From an uncultured Pelagibacteraceae bacterium (GTDB lineage: Bacteria > Pseudomonadota > Alphaproteobacteria > Pelagibacterales > Pelagibacteraceae), in assembly GCA_902611405.1 (NCBI GenBank), contig CACLZL010000005.1, positions 7,360 to 71,359 of the forward strand: a stretch of 64,000 bases of DNA. Direction: 5' to 3'. Positions 34,712-46,815 of this stretch are shown one piece after another. The position numbers were made by a program, and so were the translations under genes. Within the stretch, counting starts at the first letter, position 1; each line of letters starts with the position of its first letter. The notes below the pieces were generated by a model. It did no database searches and was not told the DNA's origin. It worked only from the letters and a program-made list of their open reading frames with translations.

Positions 34712-37290
34712 TTTTTCTTTTTTTTCGATTTTTTATTTTTATCGTATTCTCTTCTTTTCTCAATTAGTATAAGTGCCTCTTCCATTGTTAGCTCTACTGG
34801 ATCTTTTTCTTCTGGTATTGTTGCATTTAGAGATTTATATTTAATGTAGGGTCCATATTGACCTTTCATGATTCGGACTGGCTTTTTATCTTCAGGATGT
34901 TCTCCCAAATCTTTTATGATTGAAGAGGACATTCTTCCAGGTTTTGCTTCAGCTATGAGTGTAATAGCTCTATTTAATCCTAAAGAAAAAATTTCTTCTA
35001 CATTTTCTATTCTAGCTGATTTATTTTCACATTTTAAATATGGACCAAATCTGCCAGTGTTTAAAAAGATTTCTTTTTGATTTTCTGGATTGATACCCAA
35101 TGATTTAGGTAGTGAACATAGAAATTTTGCTTTCTCTATATCAACACTATCTAATTCAATTCCCTTTGGAATAGACACATTTTTCAATAGTTCATTTACT
35201 TCAGGCTTCTTTTTTTTTGTCTTTTTTCGTTTTTTAGGTTTTTCTTCTTCAATACTTTCATCTACAAACTTTTCATACTGAAGATAAGGACCAAATCTTC
35301 CATTTTTTAGAAAAATATCATTTCCATTCTCGTGTTTTCCAAGAAATTTTGGTTCAGCTAGTTGTGACTGAGCTGCTGCTTTAGCTTTTGATAATGGTCT
35401 TGTAAATTTACATTCTGGATAGTTTGAACACCCAATAAAAGCACCTCCTCTAAAACTATTTTTTAAACTAAGCGAACCATTATTGCATAACTGACATTTT
35501 CTTACTATCTTTCCTTCTTTATCGGTATCAAATATTAATGCTCCCAAACTCTCATTTAAAAGATCCAAAACTTCTCTGGTTCTTTTTTCTTTTACCTCTG
35601 AAACATTGCTATTAAAATCTTTCCAAAACAACTCTAGAACTTTTAACCAACTTTCTTTACCTGAAGTGATATCATCTAGTTGATTTTCCAGTCCTGCTGT
35701 AAAATTATAATCCACATACTTTGAAAATAGTTTTTCCAAAAATGCAGAAATTAATTTACCTCTATCTGTTGGAAAAAATCTTTTATTAACTATTTCTGCA
35801 TAACCTCTATTTGCTATTGTTGAAATTATACTTGCGTAAGTTGAGGGTCTACCAATTCCTAATTCTTCTAATTTTTTAACTAAACTTGCCTCAGAGTAAC
35901 GCGGGGGAGGTTGGGTGAAATGTTGTTCATCAATAAGAGCTTCTATATTAATTGGTCCTTTTGACATCTTAGGCAAAATTTGCTCATCATCATCTTTGCT
36001 TTGATTTGAATAAACTTTTAAAAATCCATCAAATTTTAAATTTGATCCGCTTGATTTACATATAGTTTTCCTGTCATCAGATTCAATTGTTATTGTATTT
36101 CTATCAAATTTTGCTGTTTCCATTTGAGACGATAGAGCTCTAGACCAAATTAAGTTATATAATTTTTGCTGATCAGAACTTAAATACTTTTTAACAGAAT
36201 CTGGATTTCTATTGATATCAGTCGGTCTTATTGCTTCATGAGCTTCCTGGGCATTTTTCGCTTTTTTTCCCGAGTAATTATTTGGATTTTCTGGCAAATA
36301 TTCGTTTCCATATTTTTTTTTAATAAAATTTCTAAAAACAGAGACTGCATCAGCTGATAAATTGGTTCCATCAGTTCTCATATAAGTAATTAATCCAACT
36401 GTTTCTCCTTCAATTTCAATTCCTTGATAAAGTTTTTGTGCTATTTGCATTGTTCTTGATGCGCCAAAACCTAATCTACTAGAAGCAACTTGTTGAAGTG
36501 TTGAAGTCGTGAATGGTCCTGAGGGATTTCTAATAACAACTTTTGAGGAAATATCAGTTATATTAAATTTTTTAGTCTTTATATTAGAAATTGCTTTTTC
36601 AATTTCTTCCTTATTTTTAAATGTGAATTTTTCAATTTTTTTTTCATCAAGCTGAGAAATACTTGCTGTGATGACACTCTTGTTTATGTCCTGAAAATTA
36701 ATACTTAAAGTCCAAAATTCCTCAGGTTTAAATAATTCAATTTCATGTTCTCTTTCTGTAATTAATTTAAGTGCAACAGATTGAACTCTACCAGCAGATT
36801 TTGAACCAGGTAATTTTGTCCATAGTATTGGCGAGATATTAAATCCCACCAAATAATCTAATGCTCTTCTAGCCATGTAAGCATCTACTAATAGAGGTTC
36901 AATTTGTCTTGGATTTTCAATACCATGTGTGACAGCTTTTTTTGTTATTTCATTAAACACCACACGTTCAATTTCTTTGTCCTTTAAAAGTTTTTTTTCA
37001 TCTAAATATTCTTTTACATGCCAGGCTATAGCCTCTCCTTCACGATCTGGGTCCGTAGCAAGAATAATTTTTGATGAATCTTTAGCAGCATCAGTAATTT
37101 CTTTTAGATATTTTTTTGAAAAGCTATCAACTTCCCATTCCATTTTAAAATTTTGATCAGGATCAACCGATCCATTTTTCGATGGAAGGTCTCTAATATG
37201 ACCATAGCTAGCTAAAACAGTATAATTATCACCTAAATATTTATTTATTGTTTTTGCTTTTGCCGGGCTTTCAACTATGACTAGATTCAT
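34708..37290 (-). CDS. topA: DNA topoisomerase I
   Basis: IVESPAKAK, ATDPDREGE, SAGRVQS, ITYMRTD, C4 Zn finger, GRFGPY repeats. Confidence 0.99.
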   Translation of the reverse strand: MNLVIVESPAKAKTINKYLGDNYTVLASYGHIRDLPSKNGSVDPDQNFKMEWEVDSFSKKYLKEITDAAKDSSKIILATDPDREGEAIAWHVKEYLDEKKLLKDKEIERVVFNEITKKAVTHGIENPRQIEPLLVDAYMARRALDYLVGFNISPILWTKLPGSKSAGRVQSVALKLITEREHEIELFKPEEFWTLSINFQDINKSVITASISQLDEKKIEKFTFKNKEEIEKAISNIKTKKFNITDISSKVVIRNPSGPFTTSTLQQVASSRLGFGASRTMQIAQKLYQGIEIEGETVGLITYMRTDGTNLSADAVSVFRNFIKKKYGNEYLPENPNNYSGKKAKNAQEAHEAIRPTDINRNPDSVKKYLSSDQQKLYNLIWSRALSSQMETAKFDRNTITIESDDRKTICKSSGSNLKFDGFLKVYSNQSKDDDEQILPKMSKGPINIEALIDEQHFTQPPPRYSEASLVKKLEELGIGRPSTYASIISTIANRGYAEIVNKRFFPTDRGKLISAFLEKLFSKYVDYNFTAGLENQLDDITSGKESWLKVLELFWKDFNSNVSEVKEKRTREVLDLLNESLGALIFDTDKEGKIVRKCQLCNNGSLSLKNSFRGGAFIGCSNYPECKFTRPLSKAKAAAQSQLAEPKFLGKHENGNDIFLKNGRFGPYLQYEKFVDESIEEEKPKKRKKTKKKKPEVNELLKNVSIPKGIELDSVDIEKAKFLCSLPKSLGINPENQKEIFLNTGRFGPYLKCENKSARIENVEEIFSLGLNRAITLIAEAKPGRMSSSIIKDLGEHPEDKKPVRIMKGQYGPYIKYKSLNATIPEEKDPVELTMEEALILIEKRREYDKNKKSKKKKK

Positions 37291-37327
37291 AAAATAACAA
37301 ACTACTCAAAAGTTTTTGATAGTCAAA

Positions 37328-37906
37328 TTAATAAATTTTTGTCTTGGTTTCTTCTTTATTTTTCAAGCGTTTAATATTTTCTCTATGAGTAAAAAATATT
37401 AAAATAAACATTATTGTATAAAAAAATATGTTTTCTAAACCTTCCGTAATTAAAATATAAACAGGTACACAAAGTGATCCTATCAAAGAAGCTAAAGATG
37501 AATATTTAGAAATAAAAAAGATTATTAACCAACAAACACCAAACACTAAACCAAAAATAATATTTACAGAAAAAAGTATTCCAACATATGTAGCTACACC
37601 TTTACCACCTTTAAACTTTAGCCAAACTGGGAACACATGACCTATAAAAGCACATAAAGCCGATATATAGACTGAGTCAGGAAAATTAATTTTTGTGTAT
37701 AAAACAGGTATTACTGCTTTTAAAACATCAAATATAAGTGTTGAATAACCTATTAGTTTGTTGCCAGTTCTTAAAGCATTTGTTGCACCAATATTACCAG
37801 AACCGATTTCTCTAATATCCTTTTTTAAAAATATTTTAGTTAAAATTAATCCAAAAGGAATTGATCCCATTAGGTATGAGATTATACCTATTATAAAAAG
37901 TTCCAT
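37328..37906 (-). CDS. plsY: Glycerol-3-phosphate acyltransferase PlsY
   Basis: GSIPFG, GSGNIGATN, FKGGKGVAT, HRENI.RL. Confidence 0.98.
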   Translation of the reverse strand: MELFIIGIISYLMGSIPFGLILTKIFLKKDIREIGSGNIGATNALRTGNKLIGYSTLIFDVLKAVIPVLYTKINFPDSVYISALCAFIGHVFPVWLKFKGGKGVATYVGILFSVNIIFGLVFGVCWLIIFFISKYSSLASLIGSLCVPVYILITEGLENIFFYTIMFILIFFTHRENIKRLKNKEETKTKIY

Positions 37907-37908
37907 TT

Positions 37909-39195
37909 TTATATTTTAAATAATTCTATACCTTTTACAAATGTATTGGTTACTTTTCCTTGTAGTTTCTTATCCTCAATTGAAGTATTTTTAGATTTAG
38001 AGATTAAATTTTCTTTTTTTACAATCCATGGTTTATTGATATCTACTATACAAAAATCTGCATCATTACCTATAGACAAGTTTCCTTTGTCAATATTTAA
38101 TATTTTTGCTGGGTTTGAAGTTAAAGCTTGGATGATAGTTTCAAGTTTTACAGATCCGTTATGAAATAATTCTAAACTTAAAGATAACAATGTTTCAATA
38201 CCAGATGCACCTGGTGAAGCTTGAGCAAAAGTTAATCTTTTAGATTCTTCATCTTCAGGTTTATGATCAGAAACAATTACATCAATAGTTTTATCTTTTA
38301 ATCCTTGAACTAAAGCTTCACGGTCTTCTTCTCTTCTCAGTGGCGGTGATAATTTTAAAAATGTTCTAAAATCTCCAACATCATTTTCATTTAATGAGAG
38401 ATTATTTATTGATACTCCACAAGTAAATTTAACATTTTGTTTACGTTCCTTAATTATATTTACAGATTTCCCCGCTGAAAGTTGAGATATATGATATCTA
38501 CATTTAGCTATCTCTAAAAGAGCAAGATCTCTTTCTATTATAATTCTTTCAGCAATATCTGGTATACTTGATAAACCTAGTTTTGTTGCAATAATACCAG
38601 AATTAATCATTCCATTTTTAGATAAATCGTAATCTTCAGCATGTTGCATGATAAGACATCCTAAATCTTTTGCTGAATTCATAATTCTAGACATAAGTCT
38701 AGTATTTTGAATTGTTTTCACTCCATCAGTAAAAGCAATAATTCCTTTTTTAGCTAGTAACCCAAATTCAGTCATATTTGTACCATCTGTATTTTGAGTT
38801 AATGAGGCGCAAGGGAAGATATTTATTTTAGACTTATCACGTCCTCTTCTTTTTAAAAAATCTACAATTGATACATTATCTATAATTGGATCTGTATTAG
38901 GCATGGTTACAACAGAAGTTACTCCACCAGACAATGCAGCATTACTCAAAGTTCTAAAATTTTCTTTATATTCATATCCTGGTTCGCCTACAAAAACTCT
39001 CATATCCACTATGCCAGGAAATAGATATTTGCCTTTTAAATCAGTAGGTTTTTCTCTAGTTGGTAAATTGTTTGTATTTACCTTTTTTCCTATTGCTTCT
39101 ATCTTTCCATCTTCTCCAATTATTAATCCACCATTTTCGTTTATGGAATTATGAGGATCTATAATGTTTGCATTTATAAAGTATTGTTTTTTCAT
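37909..39195 (-). CDS. pyrC: Dihydroorotase-like protein (long type, probably inactive PyrC')
   Basis: PG.VD....GEPG, MPNT.P, PPLR, SDH.P; HxH metal motif replaced by RVF; adjacent to pyrB. Confidence 0.9.
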   Translation of the reverse strand: MKKQYFINANIIDPHNSINENGGLIIGEDGKIEAIGKKVNTNNLPTREKPTDLKGKYLFPGIVDMRVFVGEPGYEYKENFRTLSNAALSGGVTSVVTMPNTDPIIDNVSIVDFLKRRGRDKSKINIFPCASLTQNTDGTNMTEFGLLAKKGIIAFTDGVKTIQNTRLMSRIMNSAKDLGCLIMQHAEDYDLSKNGMINSGIIATKLGLSSIPDIAERIIIERDLALLEIAKCRYHISQLSAGKSVNIIKERKQNVKFTCGVSINNLSLNENDVGDFRTFLKLSPPLRREEDREALVQGLKDKTIDVIVSDHKPEDEESKRLTFAQASPGASGIETLLSLSLELFHNGSVKLETIIQALTSNPAKILNIDKGNLSIGNDADFCIVDINKPWIVKKENLISKSKNTSIEDKKLQGKVTNTFVKGIELFKI

Positions 39196-40137
39196 TTATT
39201 CACAAAATATTTTTAAACATGCCATTCTTACAGCAACACCTAATTCAACTTGTTCTTTAATTACACTCTTGTTTATGTCGTCAGCTAATCTTGTATCAAT
39301 TTCAATTCCTCTATTCATTGGACCAGGATGCATAATTAAAGCATCTGACTTTGCATGATCAAGTTTATCTGGTGTTAATCCATAATATTCATAGTATTCT
39401 CTGTTTGATGAAAGATATGAACTGGTCATTCTTTCATTTTGTAATCTAAGCATCATTACAATATCGCAATCTTTGAGACCCTTTTTCATATCAGTAAAAG
39501 TGTTTACACCAAACTTTTCAATTTCTTTTGGCATAAGATTTGATGGTGCAACTATATTAACTTCTGCTCCTAACATTGTAAGAAGATAAATATTTGATCT
39601 AGCCACTCTCGAATGAAGTATGTCCCCACATATAGCTATTTTTAATCCTTGAATTTTTCTTTTTCGATTTCTAATTGTTAATGCATCTAATAATGCTTGA
39701 GTAGGATGCTCTCGTCTACCATCACCAGCGTTTAATACGACACAATTAACTTTTTGAGATAATAGATTGCAAGCACCGGAGTCTTGATGTCTGATCACAA
39801 TTATATCAGGATGCATTGCATTTAAGGTCATGGCCGTATCAATTAAAGTTTCACCTTTTTTAATGGCTGAGTTACTCATATTCATTGACATGACGTCTGC
39901 ACCAAGTCTTTTTCCAGCAAGTTCAAATGAGCTTTGTGTTCTAGTTGATGGCTCAAAGAATAAGTTTATTTGTGTTTTACCTCTTAACACATCGATTTTT
40001 TTATTTTTACTCTGGTTTAATTTTATGAAAGCTTCTGACTCATCTAGAATATAATTAATATCGCTTACTGATAAATCTTGGATACCTAACAGATGTTTTT
40101 GTGAGATTTTAATAGCTTTATTGGTTTTAATTGCCAT
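39196..40137 (-). CDS. pyrB: Aspartate carbamoyltransferase catalytic subunit (start taken at MAIKT)
   Basis: [28 protein letters not shown]. Confidence 0.98.
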   Translation of the reverse strand: MAIKTNKAIKISQKHLLGIQDLSVSDINYILDESEAFIKLNQSKNKKIDVLRGKTQINLFFEPSTRTQSSFELAGKRLGADVMSMNMSNSAIKKGETLIDTAMTLNAMHPDIIVIRHQDSGACNLLSQKVNCVVLNAGDGRREHPTQALLDALTIRNRKRKIQGLKIAICGDILHSRVARSNIYLLTMLGAEVNIVAPSNLMPKEIEKFGVNTFTDMKKGLKDCDIVMMLRLQNERMTSSYLSSNREYYEYYGLTPDKLDHAKSDALIMHPGPMNRGIEIDTRLADDINKSVIKEQVELGVAVRMACLKIFCE

Positions 40138-40179
40138 TAAAATTAACTCTATAGCTATAAAGCCACTAAATGGCAAGGA

Positions 40180-40635
40180 TTAATTATTTAAATAATCTAT
40201 AGCTCCTTGAAGAATAAATGCAGCTGCGTTTTGATCTATGTTTTTTTCGCGCTTAGAAACATTAATATCAAGTTGACTGGATAGATTAAATGCGCCAACA
40301 GTTGAAAGTCTTTCATCCCATAAGCAAACATCTACATCAACATTTTGGTCTATATTTTTAGATACATCACTTACTGATTGAGCAGAAGGACCTAATGAAC
40401 CATCCATGTTTATTGGATATCCAATGATAATTCCTTTAATATTGTTTTCCTCTATTATTTTTTTTAATTCGTTGATTAGATCATCATTATTGGTTTTATT
40501 GATCGTTTTAAAAGGTGTGGCTATTGACTGTTTTTCATCACAAATTGATACACCGATTCTTTTTGAACCAAGATCTAAACCAATCAATCTAGAGGTTTCA
40601 GACTGTTTTTTTTTAAATTCTTCAATAGTGATCAT
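40180..40635 (-). CDS. yqgF: YqgF/RuvX pre-16S rRNA nuclease
   Basis: GLDLG.KRIG, G.P..MDG, WDERLST, AA..ILQ. Confidence 0.96.
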   Translation of the reverse strand: MITIEEFKKKQSETSRLIGLDLGSKRIGVSICDEKQSIATPFKTINKTNNDDLINELKKIIEENNIKGIIIGYPINMDGSLGPSAQSVSDVSKNIDQNVDVDVCLWDERLSTVGAFNLSSQLDINVSKREKNIDQNAAAFILQGAIDYLNN

Positions 40636-40685
40636 ATTGTATATTTTAAACTTAAGTGATAGTTTGCGACATATTTAAATACCAT

Positions 40686-40973
40686 ATGAGCATTGATCTT
40701 AAAACAATAAAGCACATATCTAAACTATCAAGAATTTCTGTAGATGAGAAAAAAGCAGAGAAACTTGCAGGAGATTTAAATTCAATTTTCGATTTTATTG
40801 AAAAACTTAACGAATTAAAAACTGACAATGTTGAACCATTAACTTCTGTTGCTGAAACAACTCTAAAACTAAGATCAGATGAAGTAAAAAGTAAAAACTT
40901 AAGAGATCAAGTAATAAAAAATTCTCCTAAGGAAAATGAAGATTATTTTGTGGTACCAAAGGTAATTGAATAA
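40686..40973 (+). CDS. gatC: Asp/Glu-tRNA amidotransferase subunit C (start taken at MSID)
   Basis: [17 protein letters not shown]. Confidence 0.97.
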   Translation: MSIDLKTIKHISKLSRISVDEKKAEKLAGDLNSIFDFIEKLNELKTDNVEPLTSVAETTLKLRSDEVKSKNLRDQVIKNSPKENEDYFVVPKVIE

Positions 40974-42430
40974 TGTCAGATATAACTAAACAATCATTAT
41001 CTGAGTTAGTAGAAAATATAAAAAGTAAAAAACTTTCCTCAAGTGAAGTTACTAAAGCATTTGTTGAAAGATCAGAAAAATCAAAAGAATTAAATGCATA
41101 TATAACTGAAGATTATGCAAATGCTTTAAATAAAGCAAAAAAGTTTGATGAAAAACCTGATCTTGATCTGAAATTGCCTGGCATTCCAATGGCTGTAAAA
41201 GATTTATTTTGTACAAGAGATTTAAGAACTACGGCAGGTAGTAAGATTTTAAATAATTTTGTTCCAACTTACGAGTCAACAGTTACACAAAACATTTGGA
41301 ATGAAGGAGCTATCCTAATGGGGAAATTAAATTGTGATGAATTTGCAATGGGTTCATCTAATGAAACTAGTTTTTTTGGTAATGTACAAAACCCAATTGA
41401 TAAGAATTTAGTTCCGGGAGGTTCTTCAGGTGGATCGTCTTCTGCTGTAGCAGCTCAATTAACACCAATAACTATTGGAACAGATACAGGTGGATCTATA
41501 AGACAGCCTGCTTCATTTACTGGAACTGTCGGATTAAAACCTACTTATGGTAGTTGCTCTAGATACGGAATTGTAGCATTTGCATCATCCCTAGATCAAG
41601 CTGGTCCAATGGCGCAAAATGTTAAAGATTGTGCATTGTTGCATGAAGTTATTAGCACTTATGATGAAAAAGATTCTACATCAATAGACTTTAAAAGAAA
41701 CGAGTACAGCAAAGAATTAACAAAAGATATTAAAGGTAAAAAAATAGGAATACCTAAAGAATATAGAGTAGATGGCATGCCTAAGGAAATAGAAGACCTA
41801 TGGAAAAAGGGTATTGAATATGCAAAAGATTGTGGCGCTGAGATTATCGATATATCTCTACCTCATACTAATTATGCACTACCAACTTATTACATAGTAG
41901 CACCAGCGGAGGCTTCATCTAATTTGGCTCGATATGATGGTGTTAAATATGGTTTTAGAGCAGAAGGGGAAAATCTTATTGAAATGTATGAAAAAACTAG
42001 ATCTGAAGGATTTGGTGCTGAAGTTCAAAGAAGAATAATGATTGGAACCTACGTTTTGTCTTCAGGATATTATGATGCTTATTATCTTAAAGCGCAAAAA
42101 GTAAGAAAACTTATTAAAAATGATTTTGATGAAGCTTATAAAAAAGTTGATGCAATTCTAACCCCATCCACTCCAAGTTCAGCGTTTAAAATTGGTGAAA
42201 AAACAAATGATCCAGTTTCAATGTATTTAAATGATATTTTTACTGTTCCTGTAAATTTAGCAGGTTTACCTGGAATTTCAATACCTGCAGGCCAAGATGC
42301 TAAAGGATATCCATTAGGATTACAGATAATTGGTAAAGCTTTTGATGAACAAAATATTTTAAACATTGCATATGCTATGGAAGATAAAATTAATTTTAAA
42401 AACAATATTAATGATTGGTGGATTAAGTGA
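40973..42430 (+). CDS. gatA: Asp/Glu-tRNA amidotransferase subunit A
   Basis: Amidase signature [25 protein letters not shown]. Confidence 0.99.
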   Translation: MSDITKQSLSELVENIKSKKLSSSEVTKAFVERSEKSKELNAYITEDYANALNKAKKFDEKPDLDLKLPGIPMAVKDLFCTRDLRTTAGSKILNNFVPTYESTVTQNIWNEGAILMGKLNCDEFAMGSSNETSFFGNVQNPIDKNLVPGGSSGGSSSAVAAQLTPITIGTDTGGSIRQPASFTGTVGLKPTYGSCSRYGIVAFASSLDQAGPMAQNVKDCALLHEVISTYDEKDSTSIDFKRNEYSKELTKDIKGKKIGIPKEYRVDGMPKEIEDLWKKGIEYAKDCGAEIIDISLPHTNYALPTYYIVAPAEASSNLARYDGVKYGFRAEGENLIEMYEKTRSEGFGAEVQRRIMIGTYVLSSGYYDAYYLKAQKVRKLIKNDFDEAYKKVDAILTPSTPSSAFKIGEKTNDPVSMYLNDIFTVPVNLAGLPGISIPAGQDAKGYPLGLQIIGKAFDEQNILNIAYAMEDKINFKNNINDWWIK

Positions 42431-43890
42431 GTAAAAACAAATCTGAATATCTAATTAATAGACATGATAATCAATATGAAGTTGTCATTGGTTTAGAAGT
42501 TCATGCACAAGTTACATCGCAGTCGAAATTATTCTCCACATCAGCAACCAAATTTGGAGCTGAGCCAAATACTCAAGTAAGTTTAGTTGATGCAGCATTT
42601 CCAGGAATGTTGCCAGTAATAAATGAGTATTGTGTAAAACAAGCTATCAAAACAGGAATTGGTTTAAAAGCTAAAATCAATAAGAGATCCGTCTTTGATA
42701 GAAAAAATTATTTTTATGCTGATTTACCTCAGGGGTATCAAATCTCACAATTCAAAGATCCAATTGTAGGAGAGGGTAAAGTAATACTTGATATGCCAAA
42801 TGGTCAAAAAGAGGTAGGTATAGAAAGATTACACTTGGAGCAAGATGCGGGTAAAAGCATTCATGATCTAGATCCTAAAAATACTTTTGTAGATTTAAAT
42901 AGATCAGGTGTGGCTTTAATGGAGATTGTAAGTAAGCCTGATCTAAGGTCCCCAGATGAAGTAAATGCATATATTAAAAAATTAAGATCTATAATGAGAT
43001 ATTTAGGTACTTGTGATGGAAACATGCAGGAAGGATCTTTAAGAGCCGATGTAAATGTATCTGTTAGAAAAAAAGGTTTAAAAGAGTTAGGAACCAGATG
43101 TGAGATTAAAAATGTTAATTCAATAAAATTCATGCAGATGGCAATTGAATACGAAGCCAACAGACAAGTTGATTTAATTGAAGATGGTCAAACGATTAAT
43201 CAAGAAACAAGACTTTTTGATACTAAAAAAAATGAAACCAGATCAATGAGATCAAAAGAGGATGCTCATGATTATAGATATTTTCCAGATCCAGACTTAT
43301 TGCCATTAGAAGTTTCAGATGATTTTATTGAAAACTTAAAATCAGAAATTCCTGAGTTACCAGATGAAAAGAAAAAAAGATTTATAGAAAAATTCAAATT
43401 ATCACCTTACGAAGCAAACATTTTAGTTTCTGATATTGAAACATCAAATTACTTCGAAAATGTAATTAAGAAATCAGATGTAAAACTTGCAACAAATTGG
43501 ATAATTGGTGAATTATTCGCAGCCTTAAATGAAAAAAATTTAGAAATAACTGAAAGCCCTATAAGCGCAGGCAATTTATCAAAATTAATCAATTTAATTA
43601 AAGATGGAATAATTTCTGGAAAAATTGCAAAAACAGTTTTCGAACAAATGATGGAAGGAGATAAAGATCCTCAGAAAATTGTTGAAGAAAAAGGTTTAAA
43701 ACAAGTGAGTGATCCAAAAGCGCTTGAGGCACTGATAGATAAGGTTATTGATGATAACAGAGACAAAGCTACCGAATATAAATCAGGTAAAGTTAAATTA
43801 TTTGGTTTCTTTGTAGGCCAAGTAATGAAGGTTTCTGGTGGAAAAGCAAATCCTCAATTAGTCAATGAGATTTTAAAGAAAAAACTTTAG
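42427..43890 (+). CDS. gatB: Asp/Glu-tRNA amidotransferase subunit B (GTG start)
   Basis: [24 protein letters not shown]. Confidence 0.99.
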   Translation: MSKNKSEYLINRHDNQYEVVIGLEVHAQVTSQSKLFSTSATKFGAEPNTQVSLVDAAFPGMLPVINEYCVKQAIKTGIGLKAKINKRSVFDRKNYFYADLPQGYQISQFKDPIVGEGKVILDMPNGQKEVGIERLHLEQDAGKSIHDLDPKNTFVDLNRSGVALMEIVSKPDLRSPDEVNAYIKKLRSIMRYLGTCDGNMQEGSLRADVNVSVRKKGLKELGTRCEIKNVNSIKFMQMAIEYEANRQVDLIEDGQTINQETRLFDTKKNETRSMRSKEDAHDYRYFPDPDLLPLEVSDDFIENLKSEIPELPDEKKKRFIEKFKLSPYEANILVSDIETSNYFENVIKKSDVKLATNWIIGELFAALNEKNLEITESPISAGNLSKLINLIKDGIISGKIAKTVFEQMMEGDKDPQKIVEEKGLKQVSDPKALEALIDKVIDDNRDKATEYKSGKVKLFGFFVGQVMKVSGGKANPQLVNEILKKKL

Positions 43891-43895
43891 AGGTT

Positions 43896-44546
43896 ATGGG
43901 TTCAGACCTAAATATAACTAAAGAACTGCAAGAGTATATTTTAAGTCATGGATTTAATTTACATCCAGTCCAAAAAGAAATAATTGATTATAACGCTTCT
44001 CTTGGTGATATCAAAAGAATGCAAATATCAGTTTCTCAATGTCAATTTCTGCATTTAATTATAAAAATTTCAAATATCAAAAAGGTTTTAGAGATAGGTA
44101 CTTTTACAGGATTAAGTACGCTATCCATGGCCTTGGCATTATCAGATGATGGTAAAATAATTGCTTTAGATAAAAATGAAGAAACTAATAAAGTTGCAAT
44201 AGATTACTTTAAAAAAGCTAATCAAGATCATAAAATAAAAACATTTATTAAACCTGCTTTAGAAAGTTTAAATGAAATCAAAAATGAAAAGTTTGATTTA
44301 GTTTTTATCGATGCTGATAAAATGAATTATATTGAATACTATGAACGTTCTTTAAAATTATTGAACAAAAATGGTCTAATAATCATTGATAATGTTTTAT
44401 GGTATGGAGAAGTTGTTAATAAAAATAATACTGATAAATTTACTAAAAATATTAAAGAATTTAATAATCATATTTTAAAGGATAAGAGAGTTGAAAAACT
44501 AATAATTCCTCTTGGAGATGGAATGACTGTTTGTAGAAAATTATAA
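43896..44546 (+). CDS. Class I SAM-dependent O-methyltransferase (caffeoyl-CoA OMT family)
   Basis: LEIGTFTG, FIDADK, DNVLW.G, GDG. Confidence 0.92.
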   Translation: MGSDLNITKELQEYILSHGFNLHPVQKEIIDYNASLGDIKRMQISVSQCQFLHLIIKISNIKKVLEIGTFTGLSTLSMALALSDDGKIIALDKNEETNKVAIDYFKKANQDHKIKTFIKPALESLNEIKNEKFDLVFIDADKMNYIEYYERSLKLLNKNGLIIIDNVLWYGEVVNKNNTDKFTKNIKEFNNHILKDKRVEKLIIPLGDGMTVCRKL

Positions 44547-45451
44547 TGTTCGAAGTATTTGGTTTTTATAAATTTGTTAAAATTTCTTATCTAAAGAAAA
44601 ATCAAAAAGTTTTATTAGAAACTTTAAAAAAGAAAAATATTAGAGGCACGATAATTATCTCTAAAGAAGGGGTAAATGGAACTATTTCTGGCAAAACCGC
44701 AGACATTAAATTTACTATTAATAATTTAAAAAAAACACTTAAATTCAAAGAATATAACAGTAGTAATGTCTCTAAAAGCTCATTCCAACCATTTCACAAA
44801 CCTAAAGTAAAAATTAAAAATGAAGTTGTGCCTATGAATTTAATTTTAAATAAAAGAATAAAGAAAAAAGATAGCCATGTAAATCCAATAAAATGGAATA
44901 AGCTAATTAAAGAAAAGGAAACCGTTCTTATAGATGCAAGAAAACCATTTGAGTACGATGTTGGAACATTCAAGGGAGCAATCAATCCTGATGTTGATAA
45001 ATTTAGAGATTTTCCAAAATATCTAAAAAAATTAAAAAAAAATCAACCTATAGCTATGTTTTGTACTGGTGGAATTCGATGTGAAAAAGCATCTGTATAT
45101 TTGGAGAAAAAAGGTTTTAATAATATTTATCAGTTAAATGGCGGAATATTAAATTATCTAAAAAAAATTAATAAGAAAAAAAGTTTATGGAAAGGAGAAT
45201 GTTTTGTATTTGACAATAGGATTAGTTTAAAACACGGTCTAAAAGTTGGTTCTTACTCAATGTGTAGCGGTTGTAGAAAACCTATATCTCCTAAGGATAA
45301 AAAATCAAAAAAATATGAAGAGGGTGTTTCATGTCCAAATTGTCACGATAATCTAACAGATCATCAAAAATTAAGATTTAGAATGAGACAAAAACAAATT
45401 AATCTTGCTAAAGAAGCTGGAAAAAGACATATCTTTCAAAAAGAGTATTAA
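44546..45451 (+). CDS. trhO: Rhodanese-like tRNA uridine(34) hydroxylase TrhO/YceA family
   Basis: EG.NGT, MFCTGGIRCEKA, L.GGIL.Y, GECFVFD.R. Confidence 0.9.
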   Translation: MFEVFGFYKFVKISYLKKNQKVLLETLKKKNIRGTIIISKEGVNGTISGKTADIKFTINNLKKTLKFKEYNSSNVSKSSFQPFHKPKVKIKNEVVPMNLILNKRIKKKDSHVNPIKWNKLIKEKETVLIDARKPFEYDVGTFKGAINPDVDKFRDFPKYLKKLKKNQPIAMFCTGGIRCEKASVYLEKKGFNNIYQLNGGILNYLKKINKKKSLWKGECFVFDNRISLKHGLKVGSYSMCSGCRKPISPKDKKSKKYEEGVSCPNCHDNLTDHQKLRFRMRQKQINLAKEAGKRHIFQKEY

Positions 45452-45465
45452 CAAATCATAAATTA

Positions 45466-46803
45466 ATGAATTTATTAAAAGATGAAGTTTCATTGCTAGT
45501 AAGAAAACTTGCTGTACCAGCAAGTATAGGAACTTTATTTCAAACGCTTTATACAATTGTAGACACTTTTTATGCAGGAAAAATATCTCCTGAAGCCTTA
45601 TCTGCTTTGAGTAAGTCATTTCCTATATATTTTATTATTATTGCTACATCTATTGGAGTTACTGTGGCCGGAACATCGTTAATAGGAAGTAGTATCGGAG
45701 AGAAAAACGAAAAAAATATTTTAAGTTATTTTGGAAATGTCATCATTTATGCAATCATAATTTCAGTAGTTGTATCAATTTTAGGCTTTTCTTTTGGAGA
45801 GGATATATTCTTGTTAATGAACTCTTCCCAGCAAGTAACTACTTTAGGACTTGAGTATATAAATGTAATTTTTTTAGGTACAGTTTTATTTATCTTAGTT
45901 GTAGCTTTAAATTCTTTTTTACATGCAGAAGGTGATACCAAAACTTATAGAAACGTTCTTATTTTCACTTTCTTCTTAAATATTATTTTAAATCCAATTT
46001 TTATTTTTGGTTTTTTATTTATACCGCCATTAGGAATAACTGGTATTGGTATAGCGACTTTAATTGCGCAATTTATATCATTATTAATTATTCTGATAAA
46101 AATATTAAATAATCAAAGAATTAAGAAAATAACTTTAGATGACTTCAAAGCTAAATTCTTTTTCTTGAAAAATATTTTTTTTCAATCAATGCCAATTACA
46201 ATTGCAATATTAGGTTATTCTATTGCTGCAACAGTTGTTTTTACATATGTTGGATTATTTGGAGAATATGCTGTAGCAGGGTATGGATCTGCCACGAGAA
46301 TTGAGCAAGTAGTTTTGTTGCCAATATTAGGAATTAATACAGCAATAATTTCTATAATAGCCCAAAATATTGGAGCAAAATATTACGAGAGAGTAGAACA
46401 ATCATATTTTACCTCAATAAAATACGGATTATTTATAATGCTAATCGCGGGAGTACTTATTTTTATAACTGCCGATATTGTTCCTAAATTTTTTTCTTCA
46501 AATCCAGATGTAATTATGCATGGATCAATGTATTTAAAGATTTCTGCATTTATTTTACCAGCTTATCCAATATTTTTCTTATCAAATGGTTTCTTTATGG
46601 CTCTTAAAAAATCAGAAAAAGCAATGGTTAATAATATAGCCAGAAACGTTATAGTTCCAATTTTATCATTTTATATCGCAAAATATTTAAATGCAGACTT
46701 TAAAACTTTCTTTTATATTTGGGCTATCTTTCAATGGTTGATATCATTGATATTACTAGTTTACGTTAAATATTATATTAAACATAAACTAGCTAGTATT
46801 TAG
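45466..46803 (+). CDS. MATE family efflux transporter
   Basis: LY..VDT, N.ILNP.FIFG, QNIGAK; about 12 hydrophobic segments. Confidence 0.93.
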   Translation: MNLLKDEVSLLVRKLAVPASIGTLFQTLYTIVDTFYAGKISPEALSALSKSFPIYFIIIATSIGVTVAGTSLIGSSIGEKNEKNILSYFGNVIIYAIIISVVVSILGFSFGEDIFLLMNSSQQVTTLGLEYINVIFLGTVLFILVVALNSFLHAEGDTKTYRNVLIFTFFLNIILNPIFIFGFLFIPPLGITGIGIATLIAQFISLLIILIKILNNQRIKKITLDDFKAKFFFLKNIFFQSMPITIAILGYSIAATVVFTYVGLFGEYAVAGYGSATRIEQVVLLPILGINTAIISIIAQNIGAKYYERVEQSYFTSIKYGLFIMLIAGVLIFITADIVPKFFSSNPDVIMHGSMYLKISAFILPAYPIFFLSNGFFMALKKSEKAMVNNIARNVIVPILSFYIAKYLNADFKTFFYIWAIFQWLISLILLVYVKYYIKHKLASI

Positions 46804-46815
46804 AATTTTTTAAAA

